A stretch of 64,000 nt of DNA from the NCBI GenBank assembly GCA_032718475.1, contig JAUCBJ010005609.1, positions 22,055 through 86,054 on the forward strand, in the 5' to 3' direction. The DNA is from Nemertoderma westbladi (Eukaryota > Animalia > Xenacoelomorpha). Of this stretch, positions 7,054 through 18,170 are shown in pieces (position 1 is the first letter of the stretch; each line of letters starts with the position of its first letter). The translations under genes were made by a program, and so were the position numbers. Below the pieces are notes generated by a model that saw nothing but the letters and a program-made list of their open reading frames with translations, had not been told where the DNA came from and did no database searches.

Positions 7054-9603
7054 ATGGCGAGTAAGTTAATCAGAAAGAGAAAAGCGGAGTCAGGAGGAAA
7101 GGAGATACTGGTGGATTTCACCGAGAGGCATCCGGAAGAGAAGACGAGAGGATACTACGAGAGGTTGGAAAGGGGTCACGCGGCGCGAGCGCTGCAGGAT
7201 CACTTCAGGGAGATGCACGAACAGCGGCTGGTCGGGACCTACGGGATGCCGTCGCTGGACAACGCGATCTTCCAACACTTCCACTACGTGGTGAAAGGGG
7301 ACGAGGCGAAGTTCGGGATTCCGAAGTACCCGAGGGAATCACCGAGGAAGGACTGGAAGAGATTCATAGAGTCCGTCAACAGAGGAGGATATATGATCCT
7401 GGATGATGAGGGAACCGTGGAAGACGAGGCGGGTTCGAGACGAGGAACAGCGGGGTCAGCCAGGACCATACTCCTACATTTGGCCGCGCCAAATGGGGAC
7501 ATCTTCTTATTCGACCTAGGGACGTATGGGAAGAAGGACGGGCCAAAATTAGACCGGTTACCGAAAGCGGTACAAGTCTTAGTGAGAGAGAAGTCGACGA
7601 CGAAAGTGGGATCGGCGATTCGCGAGGACGCGGAGAGGATCATCGGTCCGGACGCCACCAACCTCCTGGATATGCAGAAAGTCTTTATGGCTATGACGGC
7701 ACCGGATGGGTTGGGGGTAGTCGAAAACACAGGCCAATGCGGGGCGGTGGCGATGGGCCAATTATTGGGGCTCGTATGCCACAAACCGATGGACTGGGGG
7801 AAGTTTAGGGAAGAATACGGAGCAGAACTAGCGAACTCGCTAAAGTGGGGAGCGAGACCGGGAAAGCAGGAGGTATATCAGTTCCGCAGGGGAGCGATAA
7901 AGGTATATCAGAAGCGATATATCCTGCAGGAGGACTGGATGATGATAAGTTTGCTTAACTTATTCATGACCGTGATTATCGAGAGGGAACCAGGGGCATT
8001 TCTGTTATCGGGATCACCCCTAAGCTACAGGAGAGCCTTTAAAGTGGCCTTTGACGGTCTGGTAGACCACCCGGGGCTGAAGGGCGAGTCGGTGTACTAC
8101 AACAGCCGACATCTGGTAGACGGGGAGACAGATACACCGTATCAGAGATGGGAGCAGCTAGAGACGGATAGACGAGAAGCAAAGCGACTGGAAGAAGTCG
8201 CTAGACGGGAGAGGATAGAAGCAGAGGAGAGGGAAGAGGAGGCCAGGACACAGAGTTACGGCTTCGAGGAACAGGCAGGCCTGGACGAGCTTCATTGGAC
8301 TTCATCAGGGAGTTCGGGGGAGTCTCTAGGGCGAGAATTGGGATGGACGGTGGGATCGCCGAAACAGTCGACGTCGGGGTTGCAAACGATGCCCATACCA
8401 GCGGGCGCCGAGGGCGACCAACCGCCAAGGAAGTTAAGGGAGCTAGAGGGATGGAGAGCTACGGGCGGGAGCCAAGGCGGGAAGGGACGTAGTGGATCCA
8501 TCGGGATACCGGGATTGGAGACACTACCAGAAGAGGAGGACGACGACGGCGAGTTCGGAGAGATGCCGCCCATCGAGAGGATAGGCCACTCGGACACAGA
8601 CTGGGTTGGCGGAAGGGTGGTGACGGCCAGTGGGGCGAGGGCCTTCTGGAACAGATCCGGCAAGCGGACCTGGGTGCACGAGGAGCCGGCGATGGATTTC
8701 GCGGGGAGCACCATCAGGTTGGGCGAACAACCGGGGACTGCACCACGGGTAGTATTCGGGGAGACGATGCCCGAGAGGGGTGGAGAGATCGACGTAGATA
8801 GAGAGACCAACGTAGAGAAGTTCGCCTACCAGCGACTCCACAGACCGCGGAGATCACTTGGGACGAAAGACGAGGTGGGACGGGAGACATTGGTACTCGG
8901 CTGCGACTACTGTGGGAGACAGACCCATCGGGAAAGCAGCTGCCTATACCGGTTCCAAAAGGGAACCTTTTGTCTCTACTGCAGAGAACCAAGCCACAGG
9001 ATGGGGGCGTGTCCACGGTTGCATAACCAATGTCCAAAGTGCCACTTTCGGGGACACTACGGACGCGAGTGCGACTGGATGAACGACGAGGAGAAGTTCA
9101 CAAGATTCGAGGAGTGGGCCGACGTCGGGGCCATGACGCGCCAGCGCATGAAGGCCCAGGAGTTCAAGTGGGGTTTCTTCCTTATCAATCAGGAGACTCA
9201 CATGGAAATCATAAAGCGGAGGCTACCGTTTACCTACCAAGAGGTAGCAACGGCGGGGTCGTACGCCGGAGTGATGAACACGCAAAGGTATTTGGACAGG
9301 TGGACGCCAGAGAACCGAAGGGAGTTTAGGGATTTCTTGGCGGAGCACGTACCAAAGGCAATGAAAATGATCCTATGGGACGCCACCAGAGGGAGACAAC
9401 TGGGCCACTCTGAGGGGCCACCGGCGAAGCGATATCGGGCACTAATAACACCAGCGCCCAAGGAGCCAACGACCGGGATCAGCAGGGAGGTGGCGGCGAA
9501 GGTCCGAAAGCAGAAAGCGGATGATGCCAGAGGAACGGTGATAACCAAGAAACGGCCCAGGGAAGAGGACGCCAGGGGGAACTATCCCCAGAGGAACAGA
9601 TAG
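7054..9603 (+). CDS. Retrotransposon ORF3: DEDDy-type 3'-5' exonuclease-like domain plus three CCHC zinc knuckles
   Basis: 849-aa uninterrupted ORF; ExoI ILDDEG (D117/E119), LLHLA...IFLFDL, LPKAVQVLV, ExoII KVGSAIRED (D192), NLLDM, ExoIII QKRYILQED (Y289, E293/D294); knuckles CDYC-x4-H-x4-C, CLYC-x4-H-x4-C, CPKC-x4-H-x4-C at 8902-9072. Confidence 0.8.
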   Translation: MASKLIRKRKAESGGKEILVDFTERHPEEKTRGYYERLERGHAARALQDHFREMHEQRLVGTYGMPSLDNAIFQHFHYVVKGDEAKFGIPKYPRESPRKDWKRFIESVNRGGYMILDDEGTVEDEAGSRRGTAGSARTILLHLAAPNGDIFLFDLGTYGKKDGPKLDRLPKAVQVLVREKSTTKVGSAIREDAERIIGPDATNLLDMQKVFMAMTAPDGLGVVENTGQCGAVAMGQLLGLVCHKPMDWGKFREEYGAELANSLKWGARPGKQEVYQFRRGAIKVYQKRYILQEDWMMISLLNLFMTVIIEREPGAFLLSGSPLSYRRAFKVAFDGLVDHPGLKGESVYYNSRHLVDGETDTPYQRWEQLETDRREAKRLEEVARRERIEAEEREEEARTQSYGFEEQAGLDELHWTSSGSSGESLGRELGWTVGSPKQSTSGLQTMPIPAGAEGDQPPRKLRELEGWRATGGSQGGKGRSGSIGIPGLETLPEEEDDDGEFGEMPPIERIGHSDTDWVGGRVVTASGARAFWNRSGKRTWVHEEPAMDFAGSTIRLGEQPGTAPRVVFGETMPERGGEIDVDRETNVEKFAYQRLHRPRRSLGTKDEVGRETLVLGCDYCGRQTHRESSCLYRFQKGTFCLYCREPSHRMGACPRLHNQCPKCHFRGHYGRECDWMNDEEKFTRFEEWADVGAMTRQRMKAQEFKWGFFLINQETHMEIIKRRLPFTYQEVATAGSYAGVMNTQRYLDRWTPENRREFRDFLAEHVPKAMKMILWDATRGRQLGHSEGPPAKRYRALITPAPKEPTTGISREVAAKVRKQKADDARGTVITKKRPREEDARGNYPQRNR

Positions 9604-10312
9604 GTTCCCAGAGTCGAGGGATAGAGACTGAGACTGGGACGTGGTGCGCCTGGAAGGCGCTGCGTGGGACGTACGAACTATTAAGTACAAATTTAATTAA
9701 TGCAAATAATCATATAAGTGCAATTTGTATGTAAGTATGTAGTAATTAGTAATCTACGAATATATACGCTGGGAGTAAGTACTATAGTCATACAACCTTT
9801 CTCAATTAGCTACTGGGACTGGGGGATAACTGACTATGGCACTATGGACGAGACACCAGACAATTTCACACTTCTTGAGTGCGACGGCACAAGAGGGGGG
9901 GGGGGGGGGAGATTCGTCAGAAGGGATGAGGTAGTCAGAATAGGGTTGAGGGACAGAGTAGTAGGTGCGAAGTGCGAAGAGAGTGCGGACGCAATTCTAG
10001 TGTGGGGGGGGGGAGAATAAGAGACTGAGTAAGGGATGAGGAGGTCCGAGTGTATGAGAGAGTTAGGATGAGAGTGAAGAAGAGATAGGGCGGAAGTGTT
10101 GGGGAAACAAAAGTTGCGTGAGAGGTGAGCGCGATCGGCCCGACATGAGACGCCAGGCACACGGGGTAGCGTTATCATACCCATCGGGGGCGGCCTGGAA
10201 AGCCGGCTCCGAGAGAAAAGAATTCCACCCCACACCCGATACTAGATCGGGATCCAGCGGGATTGTAGCGCACTTTTTGGTTGATGCTATCTTCTTACCG
10301 GGAAGATAGCAT

Positions 10313-10321
10313 GGGGGGGAG
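10313..10321 (+). other. Polypurine tract of element 1
   Basis: GGGGGGGAG immediately followed by TGT; preceded by a perfect 11-bp inverted repeat (10284-10312). Confidence 0.8.
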
Positions 10322-10858
10322 TGTTAGCTTATTCAATCCCGCTAACACCCCATAAAGTTATAAGCCGATAAGCAATATTGGGAGCCACGAGATTGGGTAA
10401 TTAACCAACTCGTGCCATCCCAATGAGAATGGGAAGGAGAAGCACACAATGAGGGTCAGGGGCCAAACCCCTAACCCAGAGAGAATAGGTGGAGTGAACG
10501 GGAACACTCCAAAGGGCGCCAACAAGGGTATCAACCAATCAGAGGGGGGAAAGGCATCGATTAGGTAGAGCAACAAGGCCAACCGTGCAATATAGCCACT
10601 TGGCAGTAATAATACCAATTCAGTTATCTCAGTGCAATACCGGTGCTAGATTAGGTTACATAGTTTTAGATAGGGAAGGACCGGGACTTTAGTTACCGTA
10701 TCCCGCCTTCCGTATACGACAATATATCTATATCTATATCTATACCTGCATATCATATTATATACGACAAACAGCACGAACTCATTTACTCTTTATACAC
10801 GGCGGGGACGCGTGAACTAAAACCGGATAAACCGGGATCCCTCTTGGATCCCGTCACA
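10322..10858 (+). repeat. 3' LTR of element 1 (~537 bp)
   Basis: Starts TGTTAG directly after the PPT; ends ...GTCACA where composition shifts to AT-rich; no 5' LTR in the window to confirm the right end. Confidence 0.65.
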
Positions 10859-11339
10859 CTTGGTACGTAGTCATTTAATAGTTTAATAATTTTACAAATT
10901 AAATTTCGCTGGCCTTCGCACACTACATTGGTTAGTTGATAAGAGTTGGATAAGAACTTTACAAACAAGCATATACAATACAAGGCTAAAATCATGAGGA
11001 AATTATTGTTCCACCATTCAAAGGATAAGGAGTCAAGTGGAAACTTTTTGTTCTGTCCAATAAATTAGTCTGAGTGTAGCCTGGTGTATGTGGAATATTA
11101 TACACAGCTTCAAACTATGACCATTCTGTTGTAATGATCTGATGAATTATAATAGCTGTTGTGATGACAGCTGATAGAGAGCTGTTAGCGAAATGATTAT
11201 TTTGTTCTGTGAGAAAGAGTAGTCGGAGAGGAGTCGAGGTATCAATAGATTAATAATAACAGCTGTTGTCATGAATTCAATTCAATCGCACCAAAGAAGA
11301 AATATGATGAATCATTCTTATATTTGTAAATAAAATGTT

Positions 11340-11550
11340 TAGTTATTGAGATGTTGGGATGTTAAACCGCGATTTAAACAAATCCCTTTAGAAATCTATT
11401 TTATGCATTTTTTATTTAAGGCGCATTCAAAATTTTACCCAAATCGTTAGAGCCGTTTTTGCTCTGGCTCAGTAGTCAGCAGTCCGTAGTCAGCAGTAAT
11501 CAGCAGCCTTTTTTCTCACAGTAACCGAGTCTACGACGTGCTAATAACTA
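11340..11550 (+). mobile_element. 3' fragment of a HINE/DINE-1-like non-autonomous rolling-circle repeat
   Basis: AAATCGTTAGAGCCGTTTT, (AGTAGTCAGC)n-like microsatellite and CAGTAACC...GCTAATAACT end shared with 13430-13952 and 58300-58985. Confidence 0.45.
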
Positions 11551-11629
11551 TACAAATCATTCGGCTTCTCCTCTATCAACAATAACCTACAGTAATAGGA
11601 TATTCGCTTTATTTGATTCTAGCTGTTGT

Positions 11630-12907
11630 ATGTTTCTTATGGCTTTATCAGTATCAATGCAGGAAACTATAAATGTAATAGGCAACACAACGTTTGAGAG
11701 TACGGGCGGTGTAGGACAGGGTAAGCCTTCCAGCTGTCCACTATTTTGTACACACATAGACCCTACGATTACAAAAATGGATCGTTTAGGAAAGGACAGT
11801 TGGCTAGGTTCTCTTCATGGAACATTATTAATGGATGACACATGTGTATTGGCTACCTCCCGAGCAAAGTTAACTGATAAACTTAACATCCTTAAAGATG
11901 TATGCGATGAAATTGGAATGACTTTACATCCTAAAAAGTCGAAATTTCTGACCTCATCCACTCTCGATAGCGACAGAATCCCCATCTTGATAGGGAACAT
12001 CACAATCTCAATTGTATCCTCATATGTCTATTTGGGATCTTTAATATCAATTCACCCTGTAGCGGTTCAAATTGATGACGAAATTAAGATGCGTATTGGT
12101 AACTGCCACAAATTCACTTCATTCCTCGGCAAAAACTGTGACGCTCCCTTTACCGTGAAGAAGTCAGTATGGCAGGCTGCTCTCCAATCTTCGCTATTAT
12201 ACGGATGCGAAACATGGTTATGTAATAACATCAAACCAATTGTTTCAGTGTTTTACAGAACGCTTAAACAACTACTCTCAGTTCGATTAACAACACCAAA
12301 TGATCTCGTCCTTATTGAAACTGGCACTGAACATGTCAAGAGTATTATTAAGAATCGGCAGTTAAAGTTCCTGAGGTCATTGTCCTCACGGCCTGGATAT
12401 AAAGACAGTTATCATAACTACATTATGAACGAAGCTACATCAGTAAACTCACCAATGGGAAAATACGCCAAAGAGCTGTTAGATACGGGTCATGTCATGT
12501 CGGAACTCCAAGCTGCAAAAGATCGAACTCTTACAGCCATAACGACAAGGTGTGTGAATTATGTGGCATACAACCCAACTCAGAAACCCCACGAATTATA
12601 CTCTGATCCTAATGTACCCGAGTGGGAGAGAATCTCATTTTCAAGGATCAGATTGAGTTCCCATCGGCTACCAATGGAGATACTCCGATGGTCTCGGATT
12701 CCGAGAGAGAATCGTAAATGCTTATGTGGTTCTACCCAATCAGATCATCACATATTCTTTGTCTGCCCACTAACCGAAAGTATTCGCTTGGATTTCGACT
12801 TTCCACCACCATCGTCATCCCTATCCAGAGTATTTGATAACCTCGGAACCCGATCCGCATCAATTTGCCATAAAATTATTAAAGTATTAGAGCCCGCACA
12901 AGTATAA
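11630..12907 (+). mobile_element. 5'-truncated non-LTR retrotransposon ORF2 (C-terminal RT and zinc finger; RTE-X-like)
   Basis: GVGQG..S.PLF, LLMDDT, YVYLGS, LLYGCETW, RIRLSSHRL..E..RW..IPRENRKC.C...HIFFVCP. Confidence 0.85.
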
Positions 12908-13429
12908 ATTAATAACAAGGAAGGGATTAAAATAACCGTAAATTAATAATAAATCAAATAATTAAGTATACATCTCATTAAGTATAGCCCATTTCACGAA
13001 CACGAACAAAAACGAGCGTTATGTACATATATTGAATTTTTCTTTTTTTTTTCGCATTTTTGCATTACGAAGCGGCGTATAATTGGACTTAATTTTAAGT
13101 GTGTATTGGTGGAGGGTATTATTGCATTAAACGTATGTTGCCAATGTATCAATGTGTGTGTCTCTATTGGTGAAGGGTTTGAATTACATGCGAGTTTCCA
13201 TCTCAAAAATTATGTCAATAAACAACTAACTAACTAACCTATATAATTATTATTGCTAAAATTCAGCACAGATTCCCTCTCTCTGGGTTGATTTGAGAAG
13301 GTGAATCTCCCATTATTTGAAAAGTGCATTATACTGGAAATGGAAATATCTTGCAATGTCAAGTCTTATTATGCAAGGGATGATGTACAGTAGTATCTAT
13401 ATGGGGTTTGAATGACTGGTAGATGTTTA

Positions 13430-13952
13430 TCCAGATGTTATCAAATTTTAATTACCAGATTTCTAGCATTTGTAATTAACCTACACATTTGCTCAAAATC
13501 ATCCAGCAGAACGACACAGAACAAATTAAAACTAATTTACTTTGGCTTGACTGAATCATGTATTTAATGTTTGCCAAGATATAAGTCATTAACCTCTTCC
13601 AAGGTTTTTAAAAACAACAATTATATTATTATTATAGCAGAGTACATTTCAGTACACTTATTATCCGATTGTCAACATAAGTACTAACTAAACGTCATGC
13701 AGCTCGCATGCCGCTTAACATAGCACAGTGGGTAACCTTGTAGATATTCCCATTTGTTGAACGTTGATGTTTGCTTACAGTCTATTGAAACCGCGATTTC
13801 ACAAGTACCCATGGAAATATATTTTCATGGTTTATGCAGAATTTCAACAAAATCTTTGAGCCGTTTTGCTCAAGATCAGCAATAGTCAGTCAGTCAGTAG
13901 TCATTCAGACTTTTTTCTTACAGTAACCAAGTCTTACGACTTGCTAATAACT
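13430..13952 (+). mobile_element. HINE/DINE-1-like repeat copy
   Basis: Colinear similarity to 58300-58985; (AGTC)n tract; terminal hairpin CAAGTC-TTAC-GACTTG at 13928-13943. Confidence 0.5.
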
Positions 13953-14993
13953 GCTAGATATGAAATTTTGATTTAGTTCTTCCCTAAATCTATGTACTGT
14001 AATATAGTATTTGGATCAAAAATATTTGGATGTCGAATTTAAATAGTTTTAATTATTGTTTTTTTCACCTATTAAATTATGAGCTAGCGTAGAGGAGGTA
14101 GAACTATGTAAATCCAACATTTTCTTAATAAATACTGACTTAATCTTATCTATATGTTATAAATTTTCCAATCTTTTAAAGTTTCCAATGCATTAAACGA
14201 TATGAATAGGAGATACAACCTTTACTGCGATTGGACACTCGTTTTAGTGACACTACAGTGTGCTAATTATTTAGTATAAAAGATTTAAATGTCCGTTTTA
14301 GTAGTGATTAATTTGTAGTTTAATTCGTTAGTTAAATACCGTATTCAAATTTGCCCTGGACCCTGGACACCATGTCCTGGAATATAGTGTCGTAATTCAA
14401 TGACACGGACCCCCTCAAATTTTTATTACAAATCTTGATGAGATTGCATGAAATTTGAAACAGAAATAGTTTCATCTACCTCCTCCTTACTGGGTGAGCC
14501 AGAAGTTTTATTTTCGCTTTCAATCATTCGCTAAAAGCTTTTGAATAAAGTGACTCCATCGATATAGCGCCAGTCGTACTGCAGAAATTCTTCAATGTTA
14601 TGTAATTTGTTGGTAGCAATGGAATGGAAAGCTGACCGTGCAAATATCCCAAATATGTAAAAATATTTGAATTTATATAATATTTGAAGTTATGGGCATT
14701 TGAATGTTGCATATATTTGCTTCCGTGTATTTGATTCTCAATTAAATTATATTTCCTATCTCTCGTTTATTGTTTTGGTTCCTTTAAACCCGCCTCTGTA
14801 ACCCGCTTCTCTACTAACCTGCCTGTAAGTAGGAGCAAGTGTAAGTGTAGGCGTGTGTAAGTATAGGCGTAGTGTTTACCACATGTCTTCAATGCGGAAT
14901 TAGAAATCTTATCTTAATCTTAAAAAAAAGTTAGCAAACCTTTGTCTAATGACAGTTCCTTACTATCATAAACGCCGTATCTAACGTCACTCA

Positions 14994-15293
14994 ATGAAAT
15001 GCGTCAATCATATTGGATTCCTTAAGGACAGGACGAAAATTAGTTTCTCGATGTCTACGAACTGTAAACGAGGTCATATACATACACCTCCTGTACAACC
15101 CATGGTGGCCGCTTTACCAGCATCTCGTTTGACACCAATCAGGTATCCCTTTTGTAATATTGGAATTTATTTTTTTAGTCCTTTATACGTAATTCAGAAC
15201 CGAAAAACACAAGACTTGTTTACTCGTTCCGTGCATATAGAGATTACCCACTTAATGGATACCGATTCCTTCCTAATGGCATTGCCTTGCTAA
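14994..15293 (+). pseudogene. Degenerate BEL/Pao integrase fragment
   Basis: CKR...QPMVAALPASRL...PFCNIGIYFFSPL...TRSVHIEITHLMDTDSFLMAL parallels element 1 QEMAPLPASRV...PFTHCGVDMFGPI...TRAVGIELAQDATASAFINAL. Confidence 0.8.
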
Positions 15294-16439
15294 TTTGAAT
15301 CAGCAGCTGTGATGCCTTATGTGGACATTCAAGATGACCCCCCGAGTTTAATGGGGATATTCTATACTATATGACACCAACTTTGCATTGTCACTAATTG
15401 TACGGCAGTTGATAGGTTGAGCAAAATGCGAGTTGCTAAGTTGCCGAGGTGACTCACCACTGGGAAAGTAGTAGAATTCTACAAACGGGATGATTTTTCA
15501 AAAATGAAAAGGAGGTATGGAAAGGTTGATGTAGATTCAATCTAGGATAAAATCGTGTCTGATCATCAGAGTTATCTGTCATCTGACCAAAATAAAGTTG
15601 CTCCCATTTGGGAGTTAGTGTGGCACCTTCCCTGCCTTATTTAGGTACAGCCAAGAAAGAGGAGCCTTCGGGTGTTTCGTGTCACACACATTTACCGCTT
15701 GCTTGCTTGTTCCTTTTAGTACTTTCCTACCCCAGTTTCTCGATCAGCAAAAGTAACTTTGCCAAATAGCGACCCTAAAAATTGTGTTTTTTGTGAAACA
15801 CACTGCAATGTTTTTGGTTGAGTTTGTCATGTAAATATGATTTTAAAGGCGATATAGTAAATCAACCTACTCTATCTCAAGCTGTGATCTGTGCAAGCTC
15901 AAATATATTTCAAAATATTCTGAGGTCCTAGTGACATTTTCTACACTAGAATGTCCCATCCTGGTGATGTTAGTGGTTGCATTGAATTCACATCTCTTTT
16001 TACTTTGAGGTGGAAATATAGCAACTTTTCAAGCCCATTGGTTGGTGTGCAGCTGGTTAAAGAATAAAGAAAGTAACGATATAGTTGAGGAAAATAAAAT
16101 CCAGGGAACTGTTTCGTTACATTTTTAAGCATTATTAAACTGCGTGTATTAACCAGTGTGTACCATGCTGCTAAGGTCACTGCCAGATAGGAAATAATTC
16201 TAAATGAGTACTTCCGCTTGAGATGGATTTTCAGATAATTTCGCTTGTATGTACAAGATGAATGTATCAAGATAAATTGGATTACGCATTGGGTCACTTT
16301 ATTCATGGTGTATATATGGTACAAGGATGATTGATATAATTAATAGGTTATAGCTAGCGTTGTGAAAAAACATGAATAAAATAAGAAAACAAGACTAAAA
16401 TTGTACCATTATCACTGCATGTGCTCAGGAATGGAAACA

Positions 16440-16640
16440 ATGTCAAAAAACATATGGTTAGGTCCTCCGAGCTAGTTAAAAAACAGGTTCATATTTGCAT
16501 TGTTGTTTTTTGTTTTCACTTAGGATATCCCATGTTTGAGGTGATGTAACTAGGAACTATTTAAATTGAAAGGGTTTAGTAGACGGCATCGGCGGTACAT
16601 TTAAATGGATTGTTATGCGATCGATTCTTTAAAGGATAAA
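16440..16640 (+). pseudogene. Short remnant of a DDE-type DNA transposase (Sola-like motif set)
   Basis: Interrupted translation gives W.GPPS*LKNRFIF and KGLVDGIGGTFK, matching the SDG..xQxKNR / HGKGxxDGxGGxxK pattern. Confidence 0.4.
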
Positions 16641-17119
16641 TAATAATATTCTAAATTATCTTAAACTTGTGTGAGCAGTTTCAGGATTTAAGATTGCTCT
16701 TAAATGCCAGAGGGAGAAAACGGGCTATACACCAAGAAAGACATAAGAAAGAGAGAGAGAGAGAGAGAGCCATTCATAAGAAAGCCATATATCTATGAAA
16801 AATAAAGTTGCGTTTCGGTGCCTGAGACCCAGTATGCGGTAATGTATGTATGAGTCTTCCCCACCTCCCCAACCCCTGGGGAATGATTTATTTCTTTCGT
16901 TTTTAATTATTTTGCCAGGAAGGTAATGATTACTGATAATATATCCAAATATTATTTTAATTCTATATGATTTTAATTCTAATCTCTCCCATTATAAACC
17001 TAGCCAACTGGTGAATTTTGTTTTTCTTTCATATATAAAATAAGAAAATTAAATTGCACTGTATGCAATAAAACATACCATTCTCAGTGCGGTACACATT
17101 AAAATAAATGTGATATACC

Positions 17120-18170
17120 ATATAGAGAAATACCATAATAGCTTAATATGTACTTTCTGTTATGATGAGATTTTCCTAATTAGTTCAGTTCCTGAAAACG
17201 ACACTAACAATTTTCATTCGAATAATATAGATACAGACGAATACTTACTTCCAAAAAATTTTGCTGACATAAATAGTACATTCCAAAATATATAGACCCA
17301 GATCACAATCTATACATCAAATAACACAGACCGCGGTTACTTCTCTCAATCTAAAGTTAATAATCTACCAAAAAAATAAAACTTGTTTTTCAGTATTTAA
17401 TATAAACTGTAGAAGTCTAAATAAAAACCTTGAAGCAACTACCGACTACTTAAATTCACTTGATAGGCAATTTGATATCAGAACTTTTACCGAAACCTTT
17501 TTTTACAACAGATACTAATTAAATAATGAAATGAGTAAACTAGATTTATGGTTAACAGACAACCGGCTATCACTAAATTAAAAAAAAACAGAATTCTTAT
17601 ATTTCACCAAAAAACAGATAACACAGATAAAATAATTAAAATAAAATAAATGAAGTAACACAAACAAGGTCTGTGGATTGTGATAATCAACTGTCATGGA
17701 AAAACCATTGCGCTTACGTACTGAAGAAAATTTCAAAATTGGTGGGCATTTTCTTCAAATGACGTCACGTTCTGCCTCAACAACTTTATTACACACTGAT
17801 CCACCCGTACATTACATATGGAATCATACTGTGGGTTAATTCTTTTCCAAAATATATAAATCCATTTAAAATTAAAGCGAACAAAATAATAATCCGAGCA
17901 ATTACATTTAAGCACTATCGTGAACCAGCACCCCCTATTTAGAGACAACTAAACATACTACACTACTTATATATCAAATGTACTTAATAGAAACTGCAAA
18001 ACTAATGTGGGAAATACATCACAATAGGAAACAAAACTATATAACCCTAAAGTAACACGGCTCAAAAACCTGGAATTCACTGTCAGCAAGATTAAAAAAA
18101 TCTAAATCAAAGAACTCAATAGCAACCATTATAAGATTAAACTTGTCAACGAACTAATTTAATTAACAAA
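17120..18170 (+). pseudogene. Degenerate, internally deleted CR1/L2-group LINE ORF2
   Basis: Broken frames give DPDHNLY, NINCRSLNKN, W..DNRLSLN.KKTEF, DNQLSWKNH, LIHPYITYGIILW, IIRAITF. Confidence 0.7.

Larger units (their letters stand above)
1..10858 (+). mobile_element. BEL/Pao LTR retrotransposon (element 1) with an extra ORF3; 5' end lies outside the window
   Basis: Gag, then protease-RT-RNaseH-integrase in BEL order, ORF3, PPT and a TGT...ACA LTR; uniform purine-rich, higher-GC strand that switches abruptly to AT-rich host DNA at ~10860. Confidence 0.9.

Noticed and set aside
2025-9548. Numerous antisense ORFs within element 1
   Set aside because: Shadows of the long sense ORFs; no recognisable motifs
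7054-9603. ORF3 as an envelope glycoprotein
   Set aside because: No signal peptide, no convincing TM anchor, no Cys-rich ectodomain; nuclease and knuckle motifs instead
10861-10878. TGG after the LTR as a primer-binding site (making this a 5' LTR)
   Set aside because: The LTR is preceded by a PPT, the downstream DNA is AT-rich with no gag, and I cannot match the sequence to a tRNA 3' end
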